Below, piece by piece: positions 13,284 to 26,568 of a stretch of DNA of 64,000 nt. The notes under the pieces were generated by a model. That model searched no databases. It saw only the letters and a program-made list of their open reading frames with translations, and was not told the origin of the DNA. Source of the stretch: Octopus vulgaris. Its lineage: Eukaryota. The translations under genes were made by a program, and so were the position numbers. The stretch is taken from positions 103,788,001 through 103,852,000 of the forward strand of contig OX597822.1 in NCBI GenBank assembly GCA_951406725.2, read 5' to 3'. Each line of letters starts with the position of its first letter. The stretch's first letter is position 1.

Positions 13284-13712
<429 letters not shown>

Positions 13713-14182
13713 CAGTTAGCAAGCTATCTATATATTCATATGTGTGTGTATGTAATTATATCTATATATTTACACATGTGTGTATGTATATACAGAAATA
13801 TACATGTGTGCGCGCGTACGCGTATTTACTGGCAGTCGCTAATGTGTTGGATAGATTTCTTTGTGGTGATCGTTCCTACTGTGTGCGCCAAAAATTCAAA
13901 TTCCTCAGAGACCAACTGTGCGTTTCAACAGTTTAGGGGCCACTAAATAAGTGCGAGCCTTGTAGTAGGATGAAATTCTCCCTTTCCGTTACGTTATTCC
14001 TGTGCCTAACTATCTAACTTCCTGTTTCTGGGGATGGGGAACAGCTGTGCTCAGACATGGAGAGTGATCGATTCCGCCGTGCTAGAAACACCCGTGACAC
14101 GCCTATGACATAACGTCACCCCTACGACTCGAGTACAGAGTTGAAGACCCAAGGCAAAGACCCCCCTCACACTTACACATGA

Positions 14183-14236
<54 letters not shown>

Positions 14237-14372
14237 AATATAATAAATGCGAAAACTAATTTCTGTGTGTCAGTGTGTCACACTTTGTCCCTCTCTCTCA
14301 CTATTCAATGACACTTCATCGTGCTGGGATGAGAGTAATAGTAGACATAGAGACGGTGTGGGCAGTGGCGAG

Positions 14373-14442
<70 letters not shown>

Positions 14443-14639
14443 AAGAGAAAGAGATCGAAGGAGAGGGAGAAAAGAGAGACAAAGAAATTTAGGGATAATT
14501 GACGATGTTTTATTTAAAGTAGTATTGGGAGTAATAGTAAGAGGGAAAGAGAGAGATGATGTACATCTTTCTTGGACAGAAATTCCTGTGGTCAGCATAC
14601 TGAACACGATCATTTTTGTTTTATTTTTGGGTTTCTTTA

Positions 14640-14680
<41 letters not shown>

Positions 14681-14734
14681 GTATTCATTTTCATTGAAAT
14701 ACAATTTTCCCAAAATATATATAAATATATATGA

Positions 14735-15213
14735 TAAATGTGAAAATCTTTAAACTTGGTCATTCCCTGTAGAAATTTACATACAGTGTTGCAGAGACAA
14801 AGATTTGTATATAAATTCCCTACTGGGAATGACCAAGTTTAAAAATCTGATGGATCTCAATCGTAAGGGAATCTTACATTGCTTATAAACTCTATATTTG
14901 GAAGGACTCTGTATGACTTTTGGATTTTACTCAAAGGATATTGGAATATTGCATATATAGCATTATGCCTATAAAACGGATTTACAAATTCAATACCCAT
15001 ACATATCTTGCATCTATTTTCTTTCCTCCACCTCACCCTCTATTTGGTATCCCATCTAAACTAACTATGACTTAACTTTCCTCTCACACCGTCTCCAATG
15101 AAGGGATATTATTAATTAATATCCTAGAAACAGCTGTAAGACCTTCTATCTATAAATGCTCTAATACTCGTATCTATACAGCCTTGGTTTTTATCTTATT
15201 ACGCAAAAATTCT
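14735..15213 (+). mobile_element. Penelope-like terminal element with 5' foldback and hammerhead motif
   Basis: Inverted repeat 14749-14843; hammerhead at 15091-15142; ends in (TA)n. Confidence 0.6.
15091..15142 (+). ncRNA. Minimal hammerhead motif, degenerate core
   Basis: GTCT CCAATGA AG GGATATT attaatt AATATCC TA GAAA CAGCTG TA AGAC. Confidence 0.7.
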
Positions 15214-15234
<21 letters not shown>

Positions 15235-15244
<10 letters not shown>

Positions 15245-15681
15245 GAGGGCATTATTACACATAAATGCCGCACGCTAGGAGGGACTCTTAAAGTCAAAAC
15301 TACCAAAATAAACATATCGTACCGAATGCAAGTCTCGAAGCATGTCATTTAAAAACAGAATTTAGCTGCAGATCACCAGTGATTTTGTAATCAACGCATT
15401 GGCTGCGTCCCTTACTCGTCAGTACAGCGAATTCAAGATTTATAATGAAAGAAAAAAATCAACATACCAGACGAACAACCATCGTATCCACCGTAGCATA
15501 TAGAACTGTTTACCCCTTATACATCTATGTAAATGGCGGGCTTTTTCGAATTACATTTCAGTAACAACGTGCTTCTTCGGAACAAAAATTCAGTATTGAA
15601 TTATTCCGGTGAAATTTTTGACTTTAAGAGTCCCTCCTAGCGTGCGGCATTTATGTGTAATAATGCCCTCTATATAATATA
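15235..15681. repeat. Perfect ~65-bp inverted repeat (15235-15299 / 15616-15681)
   Basis: ATAGAGGGCATTATTACACATAAATGCCGCACGCTAGGAGGGACTCTTAAAGTCAAAA and its exact reverse complement. Confidence 0.95.
15365..15428 (-). ncRNA. Hammerhead motif with G12A point mutation
   Basis: Minus: GCTGTA CTGACGA GTAA..ACGCA gccaa TGCGT..TTAC AAAA TCACTGGTGA TC TGCAGC. Confidence 0.72.
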
Positions 15682-15935
15682 AATAAATATTTTCAAGTGA
15701 AAAAATTTACAGATTTTTTCTCTTATGAGGTTTTTCACGCTAACTATTTGATAATTTCTTATGAAGATTTTATCCTATTTTTAAATTATAAATTTCACCG
15801 GTAAAGTAAATAAACATCTTTTAAAATTGCATTTTCAAACCTTCTTTCATATATAATGCCACTCGTGCAGTACCCTACAACTCCACTTTGTTATATATAT
15901 ATATATGCATGTATGTATATATCAACATATATATG

Positions 15936-16004
<69 letters not shown>

Positions 16005-16046
16005 GTATGTATATATCAACATATATATATATATATGTAAATATAC

Positions 16047-16086
<40 letters not shown>

Positions 16087-16611
16087 GTATATTTACATCA
16101 ATCTATTTATCTATATTGGGATAATCACATAGTATAGAATATAGCCAACCTGTTCATATTTTCAGATCCACTCTCCTACAAAGCTGCTGCATACTTAAAA
16201 ATATATTTTTAATTGTTTAATATTTTCGGAAGTGATATTTCACACCTTTGACAAATCGACAAAGAATATTTTTATTGCCTTTCTTCATACGCGAATGATA
16301 TGGATGTAGTTATAATTTCAGCCATTTAAATATAACGTTCGGTTCTCCACATCAAACGTATTAGCCTGCACTTAGCTCCATCCATCCGTCCATCCGTCCA
16401 TCCGTCCATCCATCCATCCATCCATCCATCCGTCCGTCCATCCATCCATCCATCCATCCATCCACCTCTCCGTCCGTGTACTGGTGTATATGTATTTCAT
16501 TATTTTCCTCGATCGAGCGATCTACCAGCGCAAATCAGTCAACGTTGTTGACAGAATTTCACGTAAAGCCATTGCTTTGTAAGTTTGTTCAGAGTTGCCT
16601 CACTTAGGTAC

Positions 16612-16657
16612 ATCCCATTGACAAGAGACGAACCCCCGAAACATCGATGTCTTGGAT
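16612..16657 (+). ncRNA. Degenerate hammerhead motif
   Basis: ATCCCA TTGACAA gagacgaaccccc GAAA CATCGATG TC TTGGAT; palindromic stem III; ~135 bp upstream of a (TA)n/(TACA)n tract. Confidence 0.5.
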
Positions 16658-16797
16658 TCCTGATAGATAGTAACATTGAACAAATCAGATGCTTTCACAC
16701 CTTTTTACCATAAGAGATATATTTTCTCCATGATAACTGCAGTGAATTTGCCTTTTAACAGTTGAAATATGTCACAAACATATTTTAACTAACCTAT

Positions 16798-16898
<101 letters not shown>

Positions 16899-17030
16899 TT
16901 CGACCCACCTAGAATCGATACCTGATGGGTAGGATACTTAACAATTGGTTAAGGAGCATCCCACGGTTTAGAGATGTCTCGTGTGATAAATAAATATATG
17001 TAATATATATATAATATTTTTTGTGATGCG

Positions 17031-17452
17031 GTACAAGGCCTGAATTTTTCAGGGAAGTAGTTCGTCGATTATGTAAACCACAGGGCTCAACTGGTGCTTC
17101 TTTTTATCGACTCTGAAAGGATGAAAAGCAAAGTAGACCTCGGCGGAATTTGAACTCAGAACGTCGAAAGTAAAGATGGTCGAAATGTTGCTAATTATTT
17201 TGCTCGGCCTGCTAAATATTCTTATTTCTTTATTGCCCACAAGGGGCTAAACATAGAGGGGACAAACAAGGACAGACAAACGGATTAAGTCGATTACATT
17301 GACCCCAGTGCTTAACTGGTACTTATTTAATCGACCCCGAAAGGATGAAAGGCAAAGTCGAACTCGGTGGAATTTGAACTCAGAACGTAGCGGCAGACGA
17401 AATGCCGCTAAACATTTCGCACGGCGTGCTAAATATTCTGCCGGCTCGCTGC
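17031..17452 (-). mobile_element. Two adjacent Nin/Deu-domain-type SINEs (older 17031-17220, younger 17222-17452)
   Basis: GAGTTCAAATTCCGCCGAGGTCGACTTTGCCTTTCATCCTTTCGGGGTCGATAAA motif on minus strand. Confidence 0.85.
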
Positions 17453-17504
17453 CATAACACACACACTCACACACACACAGACACACACACACACACGCAC
17501 ACAA

Positions 17505-17535
<31 letters not shown>

Positions 17536-18062
17536 AAGTGTAACGTATCTATTCATTCCCAGTACGCTGTTTCAGAATATGCTGTTCATGGTTGTTTTTT
17601 GTCATTAGAGAACATCTCATTTAAGGCAATGTTCGTTCACAGCACATGCGATTGATTGATGTAAAAGGAATTTTGAGATACATATTATAAGGTGTCTCTT
17701 CAGGAAAACCTATCCCCAGTCCAATTAATCTAACAAAAGTATAGGTTCATATTTATAAAAATGAGCAAAAGAAGCTTAGAAGTCATCAGTATGCACCAGC
17801 GAAACTTTTCTTTTGCTGATGTCGATAAATTAGAGCCAGTCTTATTAGGTTTATCGATCGAGTGTAGGACAGATTTAATTGAAGACACGCAGTAATGTCG
17901 TGAAATCAGTGCCCATACATTAACGAATCGTGTATATCATGAAAAGACACCAGAAAAAGCGAGTAAATGCTTCCGACGACAAGAAACAACATCAATCAGC
18001 ACATCCCGGTCGAATTTGCCAGAACGCATTGAGAATGAATATATACGTTAATATCTAGAGTC

Positions 18063-18323
18063 GCGCAATGAGCTGGCAGAAACGTTAGCACGCCGGGTGA
18101 AATGCTTACCGGTATTTCGTCTGCCGCTACGTTCTGAGTTCAAATTCCGCCGAGGTCGACTTTGCCTTTCATCCTCTCGGAGTCGATAAATTAAGTACCA
18201 GTTACGCACTAGGGTCGATGTAATCGACTTAATCCCTTTGTCTGTCCATGTTTGTCCCCTCTATGTTTAGCCCCTTGTGGGCAATAAAAAAATCAAAAAT
18301 GTTAGCACGCCGGGCGAAATGCT
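18063..18323 (+). mobile_element. Nin/Deu-domain-type SINE followed by a partial repeat of its head
   Basis: GAGCTGGCAGAAACGTTAGCACGCCGGG..GAGTTCAAATTCC..CCCCTTGTGGGCAATAAA. Confidence 0.88.
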
Positions 18324-18705
18324 GAGGCGCAATGGCCCAGTGGTTAGGGCAGCGGACTCGCGGTCGTAGGATCGCGGTTTCGATTCCCAGACCGGGCGTT
18401 GTGAGTGTTTATTGAGCGAAAACACCTAAAGCTCCACGAGGCTCCGGCAGGGGATGGTGGTGATCCCTGCTGTACTCTTTCACCACAACTTTTTCTCACT
18501 CTTACTTCCTGTTTCTGTTGTACCTGTATTTCAAAAAAGCCGGCCTTGTCACTCTCTGTGTCACGCTGAATATCCCCGAGAACTACGTTAAGGGTACACG
18601 TGTCTGTGGAGTGCTCAGCCACTAACACGTTAATTTCACGAGCAGGCTGTTCCGTTGATTCGGATCAACCGGAACCCTCGTCGTCGTAACCGACAGAGTG
18701 CTTCC
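18324..18705 (+). mobile_element. Full-length OR1-like SINE (tail A)
   Basis: tRNA-Arg-like head with A/B boxes; tail ends CCCTCGTCGTCGTAACCGACAGAGTGCTTCC. Confidence 0.92.
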
Positions 18706-19528
18706 ATAACATACTTACACACACGCACATATAATACGCATTTACATACATGAATACTCCCCTACATATACAATTACAAAACGCAACGTAGAGCTTACCT
18801 ATGATTTCATTAAATTTTCGAAAAGTTTACAACCAACCATCTGTTGGAGTAGATTTCATAACAAGTTTATTGGAAAAAATTATGTTGTGTTTATTGAAGC
18901 GTTTGAATCAACTCAGTACTTATAAGAACTTATCTACATCGTTGCCGTAAACCATTACTGATGCTAAATGATAAAATGAATACTAAAAAAGGAAAATATT
19001 TATTACCTTAAAATAAGGTTGAATAGAGATAATTTCTCATTCATCCATTTTCATTTTTATGTTATTTTTTTTCTAAATCTTCACAACATAATTACCATCT
19101 ACTCTATCAAAAAAACTTTCTCTGAAAAATCTTATTGAAACATGTGTATTTTTCAGAAGGTTTAACCCTTTTATTATTATATTTCTGTTGAAATACACTA
19201 CCCTTTTTTCGATTAATTTTGAAAATAATAATAAAAAACATTTTTCAAATAACTGATATTACGTGGTTTGGAACATAAATTAACGGGAAATTTTAATGGA
19301 AATTTTAATTTAGATTACATTAAAATGAGAATTTGTATCATAGCATCAAGGTCGGGTTCAGGCGGGCTGGTATCTAAAGGGTAGGGCACCAAACTAGTTA
19401 TACACACATCCTGTGCCTCTGGTATTAAGTCTCTATGCTTTTATCTGTTATTCTGTTCTTTGCCCTCTCTCAACCAACCAATCAACATACCAGCCAACGA
19501 TCATTTATATTCGCTGGTATTAAAAAGA

Positions 19529-19785
19529 GTGGAGGCGCGTGGCTTAGTGGTTAGGGTGTCAGCATCATGATCGTAAGATTGTGGTTTCGATTCCTGGACT
19601 GGGCGAAGCGTTGTGTTCTTGAGCAAAGCACTTCATTTCACGTTGCTCCAGTCCACTCAGCTGGCAAAAAATGAGTAACGCTGCGATGGACTGGTGTCCC
19701 GTTCAGCTGGGGAACACATACGCCATAGAAACCGGGAAGCCGAGCCTATGAGCCTGGCTAGGCTTTAAAAGGGCGCATTTATTTT
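19529..19785 (+). mobile_element. OR2-like head plus CORE-like domain SINE with tail B
   Basis: GGCGCGTGGCTTAGTGGTTAGGG..GTTTCGATTCC..TTGAGCAAAGCACTT..CAGTCCACTCAGCTGGCAAAAAATGAG..CTGCGATGGACTGG. Confidence 0.85.
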
Positions 19786-19844
19786 TATTACTATTATTAA
19801 AAACAGATATACGATTTCAATAATCCATGATGACAGGATAAGGA

Positions 19845-20085
19845 TAAAACTCCTTCCCGAGCCATATAGACCCTTGACGGCTGTTTCCTGGTTTCCGTGG
19901 TGTATACATTTACCCCTGGACAGGATTCCTGTCCGTCACGGGATTACTCATTTTTGCCAGCTGAGTGGAATGCAGCAACGTAAAATGAAGTGTTTTGTTC
20001 AAGTACACAACACGTCATTCGGTTCAGGAATCGAAATCACAATCATAACATCACGAGCCCAACACCCTAACCACTAAGCCACGAT
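19845..20085 (-). mobile_element. Older OR2-like/CORE SINE, inverted relative to 19529-19785
   Basis: Reverse complement of the same head and CORE-like block; diverged tail. Confidence 0.8.
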
Positions 20086-20694
20086 TCCCCCACATTCATG
20101 TTAATACTACTCATCAAAGAACAAAAACAAAGGAAAGAATGAATGCATCGGGAAATATATTTTTATCACTGCATTAATATATAATTTCTCCTCCAGCTGA
20201 ATTACTACGCCTCAGCTAATATAATGTCGTATAACAAGATTGTACCCGCGGGGGCTTGACACAAAATAGCAGGAGATTGTGTTTGATCCAACTTAATAAT
20301 TTAATATTTGTACTATTTTTGTCTGAATAATGACTACCTTCCAACAGTTCCTTGTATTATATTGTTATATCCTGCGGCTACGATGGATACAGTTGCTAAG
20401 GAATAAGAATTCGAAATTACACATTCCGTCTGTTTATACACATATTCGCATTGCCCATACATGGAAAAGCTTCAGATAAGGAAGTCTGAGGTCTCTAAAT
20501 TCCGAGGAAATTGAAAAAAAAGCTGCGTTAATTTGCAGCAAAGCAGCTAAATGGATGGGAGTGAATACGCCTCTTAAAATTCAATCTCTCCTTTGTTTCT
20601 CAAATAGACCAAACAGCAAGGGCTTCATGAAATAAAAAACAAATTATATATATATAAATGAATACTATTGTCTACAAAATTCGCAGAAATTGAT

Positions 20695-20936
<242 letters not shown>

Positions 20937-21137
20937 AATATATATAGATTTGTGACTATTCGGTGGTATAGAAGTATTTTTCGACTTCTATTTTTGGGCG
21001 ATATAGGTACTCATGTAGTACCTTTGTGTATATATGTACATATCTAATATTGTATGCCTATATTTTATTAATTTGCCAGTTCGGCTGATAATTCGCTTAC
21101 CACTCGTGATGGTATTTTAATAATATCATCCCTATAC

Positions 21138-21173
<36 letters not shown>

Positions 21174-21176
<3 letters not shown>

Positions 21177-22100
21177 AATTGAGATAGGGGTTGTAAATGC
21201 CACCCTCCATGGGATAACATATATCCAATATACTGCTAGTGAAGTACCCAACAAGGATAATACATAAATGTTAAGGATTGCGATGCAATCAATTCATTTA
21301 CTGTATTATATGGGCAAAAGTAAAATGTTTTACCACAAATTCATAATACAAAATAAGAAAATGGAGAAATACATCTAAATCAAATATAAATTACCAGATA
21401 GTACTCAATCACAAACTTTATTAAACCACCACATAAGAAACTATAGGGTTAAACATAAAAAAGTAGAACAAAACAGTGTACATAAAGGAGTGTACATAAA
21501 AAAGTGTACATAAAAGAGTAATGTTATACAATACGTAGAATATATATAAGAGAATATAGATATAAGTAAATATAAATATAAATATAGATTACATCTTACA
21601 GCTGTTTCGGCCATGTAGATAAGTATGTCTCATTTTACTTATATTAGTCTTTTATGGTAGGACAATATGTAGTTATAAATGAGACATTAAAAAAAATATC
21701 ATAAGGCCTCTTCGGAGATTATGTGATATAAATCAGTCTACATATATACCCATATGGGTGTGGGTACATACCCATAATACAACATATACATATACATATG
21801 AGTGCATATACTCACACTCCTATACATATAAATATATACTTATATATAATGATATAAATAATATAAATTAGTAAACATACATATGTTCCACATTCAATGT
21901 TACAGTTTTTCAACTTAATATTGTGATACACATATTAATACCTAAATGCAGATATACAGAGTCAATAGTACATTATATTAATTCTTACTAATTTCTAAAG
22001 TGTCATTAAAGTTAGCATCATTATCATTGCCAATACCATTTAATTTATAATTTATAATTAATGTACTTATAATTAATGTACTTATATCTTAATTAATAGT
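21174..22100 (-). mobile_element. Penelope-like terminal element, family H2 (homolog of 59220-60330), (TA)n-abutted
   Basis: First ~190 bp align with 59220-59410; shared long-loop hammerhead. Confidence 0.72.
21593..21719 (-). ncRNA. Hammerhead with ~90-nt stem-II insert, U4C variant
   Basis: Minus: ATCT CCGAAGA GGCC..[TGTCTCATTT/AAATGAGACA hairpin]..GGCC GAAA CAGCTG TA AGAT. Confidence 0.8.
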
Positions 22101-22684
22101 AACTTCTGTTTACTTATTATGTATGTATATATACGTCTTTTGATGGGCAGACATATATTTTGTGATTTAGTGAATGTAGGCGGAGGTGTCGAGGTGTGTG
22201 CATATGTGTATGTATGTGTATGTATGCTTTTGTATGTATATGTATGTTCATGGGTGGATATACGGGTGTATGTTTTTCTTGGACATATGTGTACGCAGGT
22301 GCGTATTTAGATATGTGTATATGTATATGCGAATATTTATTCATGGGTGGATATATGTATAGGTTTTTCTTATATGTGTGAGTGCGCAGATATATATTTA
22401 AGTATGTATATATGTATGTGCGAATGTTCCCGGACACATTATATGAGAGTGTATTAATGTTTATGGGTATGTGCGGATATGCGTGTGAGTGTGTGTGTGT
22501 GAGTGTATGGACGCTGCTATAGCTTCCCCTGCCTGCACTGATTTATCTATACGCCACGCGGTAACATTGAAATGTGAATATTAACGGAATGAAACAAATT
22601 TTGCTTAAATTGGACCACGGGTTATCGAGTTATGCGGTCTTTTCGAATACATGTAGTTATGCGGTCTTTTCGAATACATGTACT

Positions 22685-22715
<31 letters not shown>

Positions 22716-23213
22716 ACATATTACTGAAAAAGCTGGATTCAAAAGAAATGGAATTAAATCCATGCTAACTTGTGACAAGGCAGTTAAATGGATTCGACAG
22801 GAAAAACTTAAATTTCGTATCTACATCAGATCTTGAAGTCTAACTCAAATAATTCAAACCGTCAGGGAAACGATTAGCTAGGACTTTTGTTCCTAGGAGA
22901 TAGTGGTTGCATAATTCACAATGAAAGACAAAATGGAATAAACTGAACAAGAGGAGACACGTGGGATGGAGAATCGTTTTCGACTTCTATTTTTGAGCGA
23001 TATAGGTACTCATGTAGTACCTTTGTAGTACTTTTGTGTATATATGTACATATCTAATATTGTATGCCTATATTTTATTAATTTGCCAGTTCGGCAATAC
23101 ATAAGTTTTATGTATTCATGTATCACGTGCATACACACACACTCACACACACACACAAACACACATATAAATGTGTGACGAAATAACTTTGACAAAGGAA
23201 CTAAAATAATAAT

Positions 23214-23617
23214 AATTAGAAAAGCACTCGGAGAGCGCAGACCTCCGCCAAGCTTATTTTAAGATAGATACGCGGGTAAAATTACTAATAGAGAAACGAA
23301 AATAAACTTTGGAAACAGCAACGCCACCGTAGGTTACGTGCAAACTTGAACGTGTCTTCAAGGGAAATAATCAAAGAACGTAACATTATAATACTTCATG
23401 TAAAGTAAATATAACAAATGAAAAATCCTTCAAGAATCCATAAACATTCCCGGATCACTACCAAAATTTTATCATCTGTTCCTTGTGTCAGCACCAACTT
23501 TATCTGCAAGTTTCATCAAATACCGTTAACAACTTTTTGAGTTATTTTGTGCACAAACGGACAGACGGAGAAATCAACGCCGATGAAAACATATCCTCCT
23601 TCCTTGGTGGAGGTTAT
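23214..23617. mobile_element. Non-autonomous Helentron-associated (HINE/DINE-like) element
   Basis: Subterminal IR ACCTCCGCCAAG (23241-23252) / CTTGGTGGAGGT (23603-23614), short terminal stem-loop, AAGTTTCATCAAA block. Confidence 0.65.
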
Positions 23618-23699
23618 AAAGCTGAAAGGAAGACGACATATATATATAGTACATGTGTTTAACTATGACCATCACCAAGTTTAAAAATATATGTAGGGG

Positions 23700-24112
23700 T
23701 CGCGCAGGAGTGGCTGTGTGGTAAGGAGCTTGCTTCCAAACCACGTGTTTCCGCGTTCAGTTCCACCGCGTGGCAACTTAGGCAAATGTCTTCTACTATA
23801 GCCTCGGACCGACAAAAGCCTTGTTAGTGGATTTGGCAGACGGAGACTGAAAGATGTCCGTCGTATATACATGTACGTATATCTCTATGTGTGTGTGTCT
23901 GTGTTTGTCGCCCACAGCACTACTTGACAACATGTGTTGGTGCTTTTAGGTCCCCGTAACCTAGCAATTTGGCAAAAGATACCGATAGAATAAGTACCAG
24001 GCTTAAAAATAGGTACTGGGATCAATTCATTCGACTAAAAATTCAAGGCAGTGCCTCAATATGACCGCAGTCTAATGACTGAAACAGGTAAAAGGCTGAA
24101 ACAGGTAAAACA
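23700..24112 (+). mobile_element. Older OK-like SINE
   Basis: Diverged homology to other OK-like copies. Confidence 0.85.
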
Positions 24113-24414
24113 TAATAAATAAAAAAGGTGTATGTGTGTATACATATATAACCATGTATGTGAGTGAGTGTGTGTATGTGTATATAAAGAGAAAAACAAC
24201 TGGTTTTAAATCTTTGAGCGGGAGTTACACAGAAACAGTACCGTAGCGTATAATAAAGTTTCTTTGCCAAGATAATGTGGCAGTCCTATACAAGGACGAT
24301 GTTGCTGTTATTTAGCCCCAGGTAGCCAACTGGAAAACAATTTTCCTGGGGTTAAATAATAGTAACATCGCCCTTCTATAGGACTGTCACATTATGTTGG
24401 CAAATATACTTTAC

Positions 24415-24822
24415 TATACTCTTTTACTTGTTTCAGTCATTTGACTGCGGCCATGCTGGAGCAACGCCTTTAGTCGAGCAACTCGACCCCGGGACTTATT
24501 CTTTTTGTAAGCCCTGTACTTATTCCATCGGTCTCTTTTTGCCGAACCGCTAGGTGACGGGGACGTAAACACACCAGCATCGGTTGTCAAGCAATGCTAG
24601 AGGGACAAACACAGACACACAAACATATACACAAACATACATATATCTATATACATATATACGACAGGCTTCTTTCAGTTTCCATCTACCAAATCCACTC
24701 ACAAGGCATTGGTCGGCCCGGTGCTATAGCAGAAGACACTTGCCCAAGATGCCACGCAGTGGGACTGAACCCGGAACCATGTGGTTGGTTAGCAAGCTAC
24801 TTACCACACAGCCACTCCTGCG

Positions 24823-24825
<3 letters not shown>
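24415..24825 (-). mobile_element. Full-length OK-like SINE
   Basis: Head GGCGCAGGAGTGGCTGTGTGGTAAG through tail GACTGAAACAAGTAAAAGAG. Confidence 0.92.
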
Positions 24826-24882
<57 letters not shown>

Positions 24883-25181
24883 AGTATGCGTGTATGTGTG
24901 TGTGCGTATAAAAAATATTTCTTTAATAAAATCTATTATTAAAAAACAAGTCGTAAATTCTCTATCAGGAGGTCACCACCGTTTTTGGAAGACGTTTCTT
25001 TCTAGTGTGTGTGACAGCTTTCATAAATACATACATACATACATACATATATGCATAATATTATATGTATTATATATATTATTTATATTATATATATATG
25101 ACTTATATATATGCTCATGACTTAGTGTTTTGCTTCTTCCATGGGTATAAGTAAGTATTTCATTCATTTCTTTGCCACATT

Positions 25182-25234
25182 TATCACTGACGAAGGGAGG
25201 GTTCTTACGAACTAACCCTGAAATCGGTCCGATA
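25182..25234 (+). ncRNA. Minimal hammerhead in a ~270-bp TA-flanked element (25117-25389)
   Basis: TATCA CTGACGA AGGG agg GTTC ttac GAAC taa CCCT GAAA TCGG TC CGATA. Confidence 0.72.
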
Positions 25235-25384
25235 TGGTAATAATGGAATTATTTTTCGAAATTTCTGTCAGCTTTTTTTCGAGTAGCGTGGGTATTGTGA
25301 AAAATTATATGGTAAAGGACAATATGTCCAACTTTCGGCATATTTGGCATAAAATATTTTTTCGTTTGCCCTTATTTATAAGTT

Positions 25385-25440
<56 letters not shown>

Positions 25441-25466
25441 CATACATATATATTTATGTATTATGC

Positions 25467-25497
<31 letters not shown>

Positions 25498-26102
25498 CAT
25501 GTATGTATGTGTATATGCGAAACACTTTATCTCTATTTGTGGCAAGCTTACATACACATTCCAGTCCATTACACTCCACACTCCACTCACAATATTTTAG
25601 AAAACCAATTTAATGGTAGAAAAAAATTTCCCTGACCTATGTGCCGTGTTGCGGAATCGAACCACGAACCACGTGGGTGGGAGGAAAATCTCATAACGCT
25701 ATAGGCATGGCATTGTAAGATATCACCATTAATGACTATGTTCATATAAACTAGACTCTTTAAATAATGATATTCGTATATAATAGATTCTCAATGATGA
25801 AATTTATATAGATTCAATTCATGTTTCTTCCGAAAAGCATACGATAGACATCAGCGAGTCTCCATTCGTCGATAGTTATTAATATTTAATGATGTGCTCG
25901 TTATCCTTAATAAGAGGAAACCATGCACACACACACACACACACACACATCTGTAATATACAAAACATGTCATGTAGAAATAAATATCTGTAAATATAAA
26001 ACCAACCGAATTTATGAGTACTTCATTTCTTCTAATATAAAATACCTCGACATCATCTCCAAACCTTCTAATATATATATATATATATACATATACAATC
26101 AA

Positions 26103-26346
26103 CTAATAAGGGTGAGAAAATTAGATACTAATTTAATAGTACATCCATTTAACACCAAGTGGCTTAGTGCATAAAACCCGGAATACAATAAATTTTATAC
26201 GTAAATATAAGAGAGTGACCCCTATGTGGTCGACTCTAGCACTAAAAATAGATCCGCTAGGTTTCAGCCACAAAGAATTGTTTCCGATGAAAGTTAAAGA
26301 AACCTAGCGGATCTGTTTTTAGTGCTAGAGTCGACCACATAGTAGT

Positions 26347-26349
<3 letters not shown>
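26103..26349 (-). mobile_element. TA-flanked Penelope-like terminus (family H3, homolog 39420-39615) with 44-bp foldback
   Basis: TAATAAGGGTGAGAAAATTAGATACTAATTTAATAGT shared with 39420; hairpin 26222-26342. Confidence 0.6.
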
Positions 26350-26395
<46 letters not shown>

Positions 26396-26568
26396 TTCAG
26401 CAAAATTTAAATTCAAATGAATATGGTACTTAAATTAGATGCACCAGAATTTTGTATGGTGTTATCCATATAAATCCATGGGGTGGTTATAATCAAAATA
26501 AGCAACAAGAAGTTATTATAACCGAAGTTATTCTTGTTGCTTATTTTGAGTATATATATATATATATA

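Noticed and set aside
17660-17710. CTGAAGA on minus strand with nearby AAAA
   Set aside because: Stems I and II do not close in the hammerhead register.
18324-18400. tRNA-Arg-like sequence (also other SINE heads)
   Set aside because: Continues into SINE body and tail in multiple copies; a SINE head, not a tRNA gene.
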